Made by a program: the position numbers and the translations under genes
Notes under the pieces: generated by a model
Database searches by the model: none
What the model saw: the letters and a program-made list of their open reading frames with translations, nothing else
Told to the model about the DNA's origin: nothing
In this document: one piece after another, positions 25,740 through 33,386 of the stretch
Position numbering within the stretch: position 1 is the stretch's first letter
How the letters are laid out: each line of letters starts with the position of its first letter
Assembly (NCBI GenBank): GCA_029857995.1
Contig: JAOUFZ010000002.1
Span: 1-33,523, forward strand
Length of the DNA stretch: 33,523 nt
Source: Dehalococcoidia bacterium
GTDB lineage: Bacteria > Chloroflexota > Dehalococcoidia > GIF9 > AB-539-J10
Reading direction: 5' to 3'

Positions 25740-26375
25740 TTATGCTGAGGGCAGGAGAAAGTGTTTCAGTTGGGTCAAATCGCTAAGAGATTCCTGATGG
25801 TTTTCCCCCGACCTGTCAATATAGAAAGCATTTAGGCCAGCCTGCCGGGCATTGAGGAAATCAAACTGCCAGTTATCACCGATGTGGATGACCTGGCTGG
25901 GCTTGACGCCCATCTCTTCACATATCCTGAGGTAAAAATCAGGGTTTTTTACCTGTCTATAGTGAGAAATGGAAGAAAAAATTCGAACGAAGTAAGGTTT
26001 GATATCTCGGAGTAAGCAATGTAGTAGCTCTAGCGACGTACCTGAGGCAACGATCAGCTTATATTCGCTGGCTAAGGATGAAAGGACTTCAATTATCTCA
26101 GGATAATAGGATATCTTACTCAGGCAAGTTTGTATCACCGGCTCAGAAGAGCCCAAATCGAGACAGCTAAACCAATATTCGATATCATACCATTCCAGTC
26201 TATGGTCACCGACCTTGTTGTACTCGTCAGTAATACACTGCTTGGCTTGAGCAAGGTCAAGTCCCTTCTTCTTAGCGTAAAGCGCAGGGATGGCCTCGTG
26301 CCATATGGTCTCGCTGAAATCAGGTGTTACCAGTGTCCCCTCTGCATCAAAAGAGACTACTTCAATTTGCGTCAT
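25740..26375 (-). CDS. HAD-superfamily hydrolase
   Basis: 211 aa; motif I FDAEGTL, motif II VASGT, motif IV IGDNWQFD. Confidence 0.85.
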   Translation of the reverse strand: MTQIEVVSFDAEGTLVTPDFSETIWHEAIPALYAKKKGLDLAQAKQCITDEYNKVGDHRLEWYDIEYWFSCLDLGSSEPVIQTCLSKISYYPEIIEVLSSLASEYKLIVASGTSLELLHCLLRDIKPYFVRIFSSISHYRQVKNPDFYLRICEEMGVKPSQVIHIGDNWQFDFLNARQAGLNAFYIDRSGENHQESLSDLTQLKHFLLPSA

Positions 26376-26418
26376 TTTGAAATACCGATATTATCATGGC
26401 AAAGAGGCAAAAGTCTAT

Positions 26419-26447
26419 TTGCCTGTTTCCCTTCTCCACGATAAAAT
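26419..26447 (+). promoter_or_regulatory. Sigma70-like promoter (TTGCCT-N17-TAAAAT) placed for a leaderless radical SAM transcript
   Basis: The -10 ends 7 nt before ATG 26455, and no SD lies between them. Confidence 0.5.
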
Positions 26448-26454
26448 ACGCAAA

Positions 26455-27618
26455 ATGCCAAATCATTCAGTGACAGAAAAGCTGAGTCACACCTTCGAGC
26501 TAGGTCCTATCAGACCTCCCAGTGAAGCTTATTCTCTCTTGATAAGGGCGACCAGGAATTGTCCGTGGAATAGATGTCAGTTCTGCCCGGTATACAAGGG
26601 TAGCAAGTTTGAGCTGAGGGCAGTGGGGGAGATTATCAGGGATATTGAGGTAGTTAAGGCCATCAGCGAAGGTATCAAAGAAATGGCGTGGAAGGCAGGC
26701 TATGGGGACAGAGCAAGAGAAATGGCAGCGATGCTCTGTAATCAAGCCCAATATGGCCCATGTGTGGGTCATGTTGCTCAGTGGCTTGCGACAGGAGGCA
26801 AGACCGCCTTTCTCCAGGATTCTAATACCCTTATCATGCGCACTCCCGAGCTAATTCAAGTAATTACCTTGCTGAGAAAAACCTTTCCCAGCCTAAATAG
26901 AGTGACTACATATGGTCGGTCCCATACTGCAGCCAGAAAGTCGTTAGCGGAATTGAAAGACATCAAGGAGGCTGGCCTAGATAGGATTCACATCGGACTC
27001 GAGACCGGCTATGACCCTCTGTTGGCTTATATGGAGAAAGGCTGCACTGCCGAGAACCACATTGAAGGTGGGAAGAAGGTGAAAGAAGCGGGCGTTTCTC
27101 TGTGCGAATATGTTATGCCTGGGCTCGGGGGCAAGAAAATGTCTCAAGAGCATGCCCGGGAAACAGCCAGGGTGTTAAACGAGATTGCCCCCGATTATAT
27201 CAGGCTGCGCAGCCTCCACATCTCTCCGACTATGCCGTTGTGGGCTAAATTACAGGACGGAGATTTTGAACTGCAAACGGAGGATGAGGTGGTAAGAGAA
27301 ATAGCCGTTTTCATCGAAAACCTGCGGGTTACCGGCTATCTCAAAAGCGACCACATACTCAACTTATTGATGGAGGTAGAGGGCAAGATGCCGGAGGACA
27401 AGGAGAAATGCCTCAATATCATAGATAGGTATTTGTCTCTGCCGGATGAAGAAAGGCTCAATTTCAAAGTCGGCAGGCGGGCTGGTTTATATGATGGGCT
27501 AGGTGACCTCAGTGATAGCTACAAACATGACAGAATAGACCAAGCCATAAAACATCTCAAAGCACAGGGCAGCGATGTTGAAGAGGAGATACTCAGGCTG
27601 AAGAATAGCTTTATCTAG
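26455..27618 (+). CDS. Radical SAM superfamily protein, uncharacterised subfamily
   Basis: Start taken at ATG 26455 (MPNHSV...), because the longer track ORF overlaps the divergent HAD gene. Cys triad NCPWNRCQFC (CX4CX2C as read), then ...FLQDSN... and GLETG motifs consistent with a TIM-barrel rSAM core. Confidence 0.8.
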   Translation: MPNHSVTEKLSHTFELGPIRPPSEAYSLLIRATRNCPWNRCQFCPVYKGSKFELRAVGEIIRDIEVVKAISEGIKEMAWKAGYGDRAREMAAMLCNQAQYGPCVGHVAQWLATGGKTAFLQDSNTLIMRTPELIQVITLLRKTFPSLNRVTTYGRSHTAARKSLAELKDIKEAGLDRIHIGLETGYDPLLAYMEKGCTAENHIEGGKKVKEAGVSLCEYVMPGLGGKKMSQEHARETARVLNEIAPDYIRLRSLHISPTMPLWAKLQDGDFELQTEDEVVREIAVFIENLRVTGYLKSDHILNLLMEVEGKMPEDKEKCLNIIDRYLSLPDEERLNFKVGRRAGLYDGLGDLSDSYKHDRIDQAIKHLKAQGSDVEEEILRLKNSFI

Positions 27619-27749
27619 TGGGAGAATCGTGGCAAGAGGATTTGTCAACCTGAATCGTTTCAAGCATGGGCGGGCCATAAAGCGGACCAGCAAACAACAC
27701 ACCGATTTACAGAGTAAGAGAAAGACCAGAGGGAAGGAGGTTAAATTTA

Positions 27750-28109
27750 GTGGCTAGGATAAATGAACTTACCTTTGGCTCTACAGTAATCGAGGGCAGG
27801 AAATACCGCAGAGATGTTCTCATTTTTGCGCACGGCCCGGTGAAGAAGCGGAGAGGCGGCTTTTTGATGTTCGGCAGCCACGAAATTAAGGAACGAGAAC
27901 TGGAGGAATTGAGCCCCCGGCAGCCTGAAGTGATAATTGTCGGTACCGGAACAAATGATGCTGCTCCTATAGCCGCCGAGGCGGAATGCTGGGCTAAGGC
28001 AAACAATGTAAGGTTACTGGTTGAGCCGTACTATGACGCCATCGTCAAGCTGAATGAACTTATCGAACGACACAAGAAGGTTGCTACCCTGATTCACATA
28101 ACCTGCTGA
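27750..28109 (+). CDS. Mth938-like (DUF498/NDUFAF3-like) domain protein
   Basis: 119 aa; FGSTVIEGRKYRRDVLIF...PEVIIVGTGTND...L. GAAGGAGG SD 9 nt before GTG 27750. Confidence 0.65.
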   Translation: MARINELTFGSTVIEGRKYRRDVLIFAHGPVKKRRGGFLMFGSHEIKERELEELSPRQPEVIIVGTGTNDAAPIAAEAECWAKANNVRLLVEPYYDAIVKLNELIERHKKVATLIHITC

Positions 28110-28123
28110 CACACGGACTTATC

Positions 28124-28729
28124 TTAGGCTGATTCCCCTGTAATGCTCTCAGCTGTGTTTCTGGTGTTCTCTTTCACATGGATAAATAGGTAAACTAATT
28201 CCCTACTTACAAGTAAGAATAACCAGGCCAGGAAGGAGCCAATTATTCCCAACACAATCACGGAAACACCCATGCCTACACCTATCAGTTCAGCCTTCCA
28301 AACCATCAATCCACCATTCATGATTTCCAGTCCGAGGAGAATTGAAGCAAGAACCCCAATTATCAGTACTGCCCACCCCAAAACTCTCAAAACACTGGTC
28401 ACGTATGGCAAAAAACGATACTGCACCCGCTTAGGTCCTTTCCAAGTTTTCTGCAAAGCACGGTCTATCCTCCGAAAGGGCGGCAGCAGCCGCAATTTGC
28501 GAATACGTTTGTGTAACGAGGAACCAACCTTGCGGAACAGGGAACCAACCTTGCGGAACAGGGAACCAACCTTGCGGAACAAGGGGCCAACCTTGTGGAA
28601 CAAGGGACCGATCTTGCGAAACAAGGGACCAACCTTGCGGAAGAAGGAACCAATTTTGCGAAACAAGGGACCAACCTTGCGGAACAAAGTAACTACCTTG
28701 TGAAATACAGAGGAAATTACCACCTTCAT
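28124..28729 (-). CDS. Membrane protein: N-terminal basic heptad-repeat array ([LF]F[RH]K[VI]G[PS], 8-10 units) plus a 2-TM module ending in ENTRNTAE
   Basis: 201-aa ORF. The C-terminal half is paralogous to ORF 28759-29037 (LRVLGW...two TM...SRELVYLFIHVKENTRNTAE). No clear SD. Confidence 0.7.
   Translation of the reverse strand: MKVVISSVFHKVVTLFRKVGPLFRKIGSFFRKVGPLFRKIGPLFHKVGPLFRKVGSLFRKVGSLFRKVGSSLHKRIRKLRLLPPFRRIDRALQKTWKGPKRVQYRFLPYVTSVLRVLGWAVLIIGVLASILLGLEIMNGGLMVWKAELIGVGMGVSVIVLGIIGSFLAWLFLLVSRELVYLFIHVKENTRNTAESITGESA
28520..28708 (-). repeat. Nine tandem 21-bp units (consensus GGRACCAACCTTGCGGAACAR on the + strand) encoding the heptad array
   Basis: Units at 28520, 28541, 28562, 28583, 28604, 28625, 28646, 28667 and 28688 (degenerate). 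The first two are identical and the third differs only at its last base. Confidence 0.9.
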
Positions 28730-28758
28730 TTCACATAACCGCTAAGCTATTCATAAAT

Positions 28759-29037
28759 TCAGTCTTGGCTGGATTCCTCTGTAATGCTGATGCGCTCAGC
28801 TGTGTTTCTGGTGTTCTCTTCCACCTGAATAAGCAAGTAGAGAAGCTCTCTGGTTGCCAGCAAGAATAGCCAAGTCAGAAAAGAGAAAATTGCTCCGCCC
28901 ACCGCATATAATACACCTGTGACTCCACCCGTCCTAATTCCGAAAACAATCGAACCGATAACGCCAACGACCAGTATTATCCACCCCAGGATCCTCAGTA
29001 CAGCAGTCGCAAACCGTAGAAAAGGATACCTTTGCAT
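28759..29037 (-). CDS. Small 2-TM membrane protein with C-terminal ENTRNTAE motif
   Basis: 92 aa; LRILGWIILVVGVIGSIVFG...FSFLTWLFLLATRELLYLLIQVEENTRNTAE. AAGGAGG SD. Confidence 0.75.
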   Translation of the reverse strand: MQRYPFLRFATAVLRILGWIILVVGVIGSIVFGIRTGGVTGVLYAVGGAIFSFLTWLFLLATRELLYLLIQVEENTRNTAERISITEESSQD

Positions 29038-29055
29038 TTTGCCTCCTTTCTGTCC

Positions 29056-29607
29056 CTAAAGTTCTTTCAAATCTGATTCACATGACCTGCGCAATCTTGG
29101 ACTCTGTTCAAACTCGCCCCTCCCCAAGACGACAAGCACAATTGCTGCTATCGCAAGAGGCACGTTCAAAAGCACTGGAATAAACATAAGAGAGAAGATC
29201 GCACAAATAGAACCCGCAAGGGCCAGTCGCCACCTCTTCCTCTTTAAGGCAAAAACACCGCCCACTATGGCTACTATCCCAGTTGCTATCGCGATTGCAA
29301 ACACAGCTGCGACGATTCCACCCAGACCAAGCAACTCACGCATTGCCACCACAGCAATCGTTACCCACTGAGTTACACCTCCAACTCCAGCAACAATAGC
29401 TAGAATTCCGGCGGTTCTCGTCTTCCACGTCTTCCCTCTTGTTGCCTCGGCTAGTCGTACACGGCATTCGGTACAGATTTCAGTCAGGGGCGTTGTTGGA
29501 GCACCACACCGAGGGCAAAAACTGGTGCCAGCCATTGGCTTAGTTCCACAACTGACACAAGTTTCTGAAGCCGCTGTTAACTCTTTGCCGCAATTTCTGC
29601 AAAACAT
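29056..29607 (-). CDS. Double zinc-ribbon plus multi-TM membrane protein (paralog family 1)
   Basis: MFCRNCGKEL..CVSCG..FCPRCG..ICTECR gives four CxxC pairs, followed by 4 predicted TM segments and the conserved GGVFALKRKRWRLALAGSIC ... VLGRGEFE. Confidence 0.8.
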   Translation of the reverse strand: MFCRNCGKELTAASETCVSCGTKPMAGTSFCPRCGAPTTPLTEICTECRVRLAEATRGKTWKTRTAGILAIVAGVGGVTQWVTIAVVAMRELLGLGGIVAAVFAIAIATGIVAIVGGVFALKRKRWRLALAGSICAIFSLMFIPVLLNVPLAIAAIVLVVLGRGEFEQSPRLRRSCESDLKEL

Positions 29608-29852
29608 CACCTACTTCCCTTGCAGGCACTGGTGACTATCATTTCTGAATGAGCTTGCGTCCTTTCCGTCCTTAGAGTCTTTCAAACAAGATTCAGTAGT
29701 TGCCCGATTCATCAGGCACAATCGCATAACAAATTCTCACCCAACCAAATCTCTTGCTTGGTTGGCAACCCGGGGGTCTCACAAAATCCACGAGTTTTGC
29801 CATGTATCATAACTTGGGCAACCAGTCTAATACACATAGCTTGGAGGGAGTC

Positions 29853-30359
29853 TTACTCGAATTTCCCCTTCCCCAAAACGGTAAATACGATGGCCGGGAT
29901 GCCAAAGAGTATAGCAGGCGCCACAAGCGGTAATCCGATAGCAAAACCACAAATTGCGCCCGCTAGCGCGAAACCCCAGGCCCTCTTTCTGATGGCGAAG
30001 ATCCCGCCTACTATAGCTACTATGCTAAGAATGATCATCGGGGCGCCTATTAATGCACCCAAGCCAGCTACAAAAAAAGTCAGAAATCCTCCGACTACTG
30101 CCGAGATCATTCCAATAATCAGGCCAGGGACCCCGACAACCAAGTCCAGAATTCCCGCAGTCACTGGCATCCAGGCGCCACCTGTCGCCGCTGCTTTCGG
30201 TGCCACCTTAACGCCGCACTTAGTGCATATCTCCGTCATAGGAGTTGTTTGAGCACCACATCCAGGGCAAAAACTGGTGCCAGCCATTGGTTTGGCTCCA
30301 CAATTCATGCAGAATTCCGGACTGCCGGTTAACTCTTTACCACAATTTCTACAAAACAT
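29853..30359 (-). CDS. Double zinc-ribbon plus multi-TM membrane protein (paralog family 1)
   Basis: MFCRNCGKEL..CMNCG..FCPGCG..ICTKCG; TM module with GGIFAIRKRAWGFALAGAIC ... VLGKGKFE. GGGAGA SD. Confidence 0.8.
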   Translation of the reverse strand: MFCRNCGKELTGSPEFCMNCGAKPMAGTSFCPGCGAQTTPMTEICTKCGVKVAPKAAATGGAWMPVTAGILDLVVGVPGLIIGMISAVVGGFLTFFVAGLGALIGAPMIILSIVAIVGGIFAIRKRAWGFALAGAICGFAIGLPLVAPAILFGIPAIVFTVLGKGKFE

Positions 30360-30426
30360 TGTCTCCCTTCTTAAAAGGCTTTCTTAGCAACCACTATGCA
30401 GCCAATAATCTGCAGAATCTTAGACT

Positions 30427-30744
30427 TTACTTAAATTCGCGCTTACCCAAGGCGACGAATATAATGGCGAGTATCCCAAGAATAAACCAGGGACCAATGA
30501 GTGCACAGATAGACCCGGCAAGCGCCAGTCCCCAAACCCTTCTTCTTAAGGCATAGATACCACCTACTATCGCAATTACCCCAAATATGATTAACGGGGC
30601 GCCAATGGCACCAAGCCATCCCATCCCAATAAATGCACCCACAAAGCCAGCTACTGTGGCAAATATCGTGCCGAAAATCACCTGAAGAGCTCCTGCAATA
30701 ATGCCCAGTATGCCTGCGGTTGTCGGCTTCCATGTTTTTTCCAT
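30427..30744 (-). CDS. TM-only member of paralog family 1 (no zinc ribbon)
   Basis: 105 aa; KTWKPTTAGILGIIAG...GGIYALRRRVWGLALAGSIC...ALGKREFK. AAGGAGGG SD. Confidence 0.75.
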   Translation of the reverse strand: MEKTWKPTTAGILGIIAGALQVIFGTIFATVAGFVGAFIGMGWLGAIGAPLIIFGVIAIVGGIYALRRRVWGLALAGSICALIGPWFILGILAIIFVALGKREFK

Positions 30745-30927
30745 TTCTTATCCCTCCTTGTTCATTCTTGAATACGATATAGTTAAAAGCCTTCCTTGTC
30801 AATACCCCGAAACTCTAATAACGGCCGAGGCAACACGCTTGCCTGCGTAGCCTATCCCGGTGCTGTAACCACCACACTTTTTGTGTTCTCAGCAGCGACA
30901 AATCGTCATGCCCTTCAGCATCAGCAC

Positions 30928-31074
30928 TCACCAAAACAGCCAAGGTAGGAATGTTGTTACACCCACTGCGAATAGAATCACCGAGATTATCACAGATATT
31001 CCCAGGGTAATAAGAAACATCCGCCACCACAAACCCCAAGCTAATCTCCAGGTTGGCCTTACCTCATTATCCAT
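30928..31074 (-). CDS. Possible 48-aa Trp-rich small membrane protein (not in the ORF track)
   Basis: ATG 31074 is preceded by AAGGAGA (8-nt spacing). MDNEVRPTWRLAWGLWWRMFLITLGISVIISVILFAVGVTTFLPWLFW. First ORF downstream of the consensus promoter at 31155-31184. Confidence 0.4.
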   Translation of the reverse strand: MDNEVRPTWRLAWGLWWRMFLITLGISVIISVILFAVGVTTFLPWLFW

Positions 31075-31154
31075 CTGCTCTTTCTCCTTTTCTTGTTTTC
31101 TCCAGGTTTCAAGGCTCTCACTTGATTGAATAAATTCTGTGCGACCTTCAATTC

Positions 31155-31184
31155 ATTATAAGTATAGCTATTACTCGATGTCAA
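31155..31184 (-). promoter_or_regulatory. Consensus sigma70 promoter TTGACA-N18-TATAAT heading the membrane-protein cluster
   Basis: -35 at 31179-31184 and -10 at 31155-31160 on the minus strand. Both hexamers are perfect. Confidence 0.6.
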
Positions 31185-31330
31185 TATAGTTGAAGGGGAT
31201 TGTTTATTAGATAGCTCGTCGTGAGCTTATCGAACCATGAGCGGCACTCGAGAGCAGACTAGCTTGTCCTTCGACTGTGCTCAGGACGGGATGGGTTGCG
31301 AAACGGTCTTTCCAAAGGCTTCCATTTAGC

Positions 31331-32677
31331 TCAACCAAATTCCTTGACCATATAAGCGCCTTCCAGACGATAACCAAGGGAGCGGTAATACTCCCGGGCA
31401 CCGACACCGCTAAGGACCGATAACCTATCAGCCTTGGATTCCTCCCTGGCGATTCTTTCTGCCTCTCGGACCAACCTTTCGCCGAGGCCATGATGTTGAG
31501 CGCCTTGCTCTAGCCTTGTGCCCAGAGGAACTTCAGGACCAAAAATGTGTAGCTCCCTGACTATTGCTTTTTCCTCATTCACTCTCAACCTCAGCAAGCC
31601 GAACAATGTTTCATTCTCATCCTCGTACGAGAGGAAGATCTCTTTACCCCCCAGGGTTTCATAATCCAACCTGGTTAGCTGAGGCCCACCAATTAACCAA
31701 CCGTCCCTTCGGCGATGCCCATATTCACGGCAACGAATACAGTTACAGCGAACACCTGCCTGTTCCATCTTTTTTCTAATAGTCCCTCTCAGTGCTAAAT
31801 CCCGGCTGCCGGCAATGATGAATTTGCTGGGAATGTCCCGCATCAACCTGGAAATCCTCACGTATTTGGGAATCAAAATCTTGATAGCTACGAGCGAATC
31901 GATCATTACCTCATCACAATAGGGCTGATAGCGATTATCTCGATACCAAGTCTCTAACTCACTCCCCCGAACTACCAGCGTGGGGTAAAGCTTGAGCCCA
32001 TCCGGCCGAAAACGCGCGTCTTCAAACAGTTGCCGCGACAGCTCCAGATCATGCTCAGGCGTTGACCCCGGTAGACCAGGCATCCAATGATAGTAGACCT
32101 TAAAGCCACGGTCTCGTAATAGCCTGGTCGCAGAGATGACTTCAGCTACTCCGTGTCCCCTTTTTGTCAGACAATGAATCTCATCATCCAAAGTCTGTAC
32201 CCCGAGTTCCACCCTGGTGGTGCCGAAATCAAGCATCCGCCTTATCTCTTCCTCGCCGCAGAAGTCAGGTCTCGTCTCGATGCACAATCCTACGCAGCGG
32301 TGTTCAGTATTCTCATTCAATTTCTTGGCTTCCTGTAGACTGCTGGAAGTGATGCCGGTCAAAGCATCGTAGCAGTCCTTAATGAACTGATACTGGTAGT
32401 CCTGGGGATAATACAGAAAAGTGCCCCCCATAACGATAAGCTCTACCTTGTCCCGGGCATGTCCCATTTCGGCCAGTGTCTTGAGTCTGATCTCAACTTG
32501 TTTTTTGGCGTCAAACCCACAACTTCGAGCTCGGAGCACTGCAGGAGACTCCGCGGTATAGCTCTTGGGCGCCTCGGGGGAACTCGGGCAATAAACACAT
32601 TTACCGGGGCAGGGGAACGGCTTGGCCATAACTGCTACCGGGGTTACTCCGGAAATGGTTCGAGATGCTTTCTTCAT
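31331..32677 (-). CDS. elp3: Elp3-type radical SAM / GNAT acetyltransferase (tRNA U34 carboxymethyl-modification enzyme homolog)
   Basis: 448 aa. N-terminal SGVTPVAVMAKPFPCPGKCVYCP cluster motif, rSAM core (...ELGVQTLDD...), and C-terminal GNAT with acetyl-CoA motif QHHGLGERLVREAERIA. Same short architecture as the Dehalococcoides Elp3 as I remember it. Confidence 0.9.
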   Translation of the reverse strand: MKKASRTISGVTPVAVMAKPFPCPGKCVYCPSSPEAPKSYTAESPAVLRARSCGFDAKKQVEIRLKTLAEMGHARDKVELIVMGGTFLYYPQDYQYQFIKDCYDALTGITSSSLQEAKKLNENTEHRCVGLCIETRPDFCGEEEIRRMLDFGTTRVELGVQTLDDEIHCLTKRGHGVAEVISATRLLRDRGFKVYYHWMPGLPGSTPEHDLELSRQLFEDARFRPDGLKLYPTLVVRGSELETWYRDNRYQPYCDEVMIDSLVAIKILIPKYVRISRLMRDIPSKFIIAGSRDLALRGTIRKKMEQAGVRCNCIRCREYGHRRRDGWLIGGPQLTRLDYETLGGKEIFLSYEDENETLFGLLRLRVNEEKAIVRELHIFGPEVPLGTRLEQGAQHHGLGERLVREAERIAREESKADRLSVLSGVGAREYYRSLGYRLEGAYMVKEFG

Positions 32678-32711
32678 GGAATAATATGTTAAAGTTTACC
32701 AGAGTGTGTAT

Positions 32712-33386
32712 ATGGCCACAAACAGAGAAGTTTTCGACCAAATAGCCGAAAGCTGGTATCGGGTAAGGCATTGGCCCCTACTAAGAGAAGAGCTGGATGC
32801 CTTAGCAACAAGATGGCAAACCGGCAAGCTGCTAAATGTCGGCTGTGCTCACGGCCCCGATTTCTTGCCTTTCAGTCAGGGGGTCGAACTCTGGGGGGTG
32901 GATTCGTCCCCTGCTATGTTGAGGCAAGCTAGCAGGTATTCGGCCAAGTTCAAGTTTTATGTCAACCTGGTAGCTTCTGATGCGTTATTCCTGCCTTTCC
33001 GCGATAATACCTTCGATTGGGCAATATCAGTGGCCACCTACCACCATATCAAAGGCAGAGAACAGAGGGAAAAGGCATTCGTCGAATTAAAGCGGGTATT
33101 AAAGCCCGAGGGAAAGGCCTTTGTAACTGTGTGGAACCGGGGACAACCAAGGTTCTGGTTCAGGTCAGAAGAGCAACGAGTGCCCTGGAGACTGAAGGAG
33201 AAGACGGTTTACCGCTACTATCACTTGTTCTCTTATGGCGAGTTACGAAAGCTGCTAGTCAAAACTGGCTGGCAAATCATTAGTATGTCACCAGAGAAGT
33301 CCTACCATTTCCCTATAGGAGATTTCTCACGGAACATATGTGCCCTGGTAAAGAAGCAAGGCACCGCTCCGACTTCAGTTGTGTGA
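32712..33386 (+). CDS. Class I SAM-dependent methyltransferase, Trm9-like
   Basis: SAM motif LLNVGCAHG, LPFRDNTFDWAISVATYHH, FVTVWNRGQ, QRVPW and YRYYHLFSYGEL parallel yeast Trm9 blocks (DVGCGNG, FDFAISIAVVHH, WALEQ, VPW, YRYYHLYREGEL). Start is ATG 32712 (or GTG 32706). Confidence 0.8.
   Translation: MATNREVFDQIAESWYRVRHWPLLREELDALATRWQTGKLLNVGCAHGPDFLPFSQGVELWGVDSSPAMLRQASRYSAKFKFYVNLVASDALFLPFRDNTFDWAISVATYHHIKGREQREKAFVELKRVLKPEGKAFVTVWNRGQPRFWFRSEEQRVPWRLKEKTVYRYYHLFSYGELRKLLVKTGWQIISMSPEKSYHFPIGDFSRNICALVKKQGTAPTSVV

Noticed and set aside
28520-28708. Tandem 21-bp repeats as a CRISPR-like array
   Set aside because: The units are contiguous with no spacers, lie in frame within an ORF and encode a conserved heptad, so this is a coding tandem repeat.
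30815-31129. Track ORFs 30815-31039 (-) and 30881-31129 (+)
   Set aside because: Neither has an SD or a recognisable fold. A third reading (30928-31074, minus strand) has an AAGGAGA SD and a clean TM helix and fits the surrounding operon.
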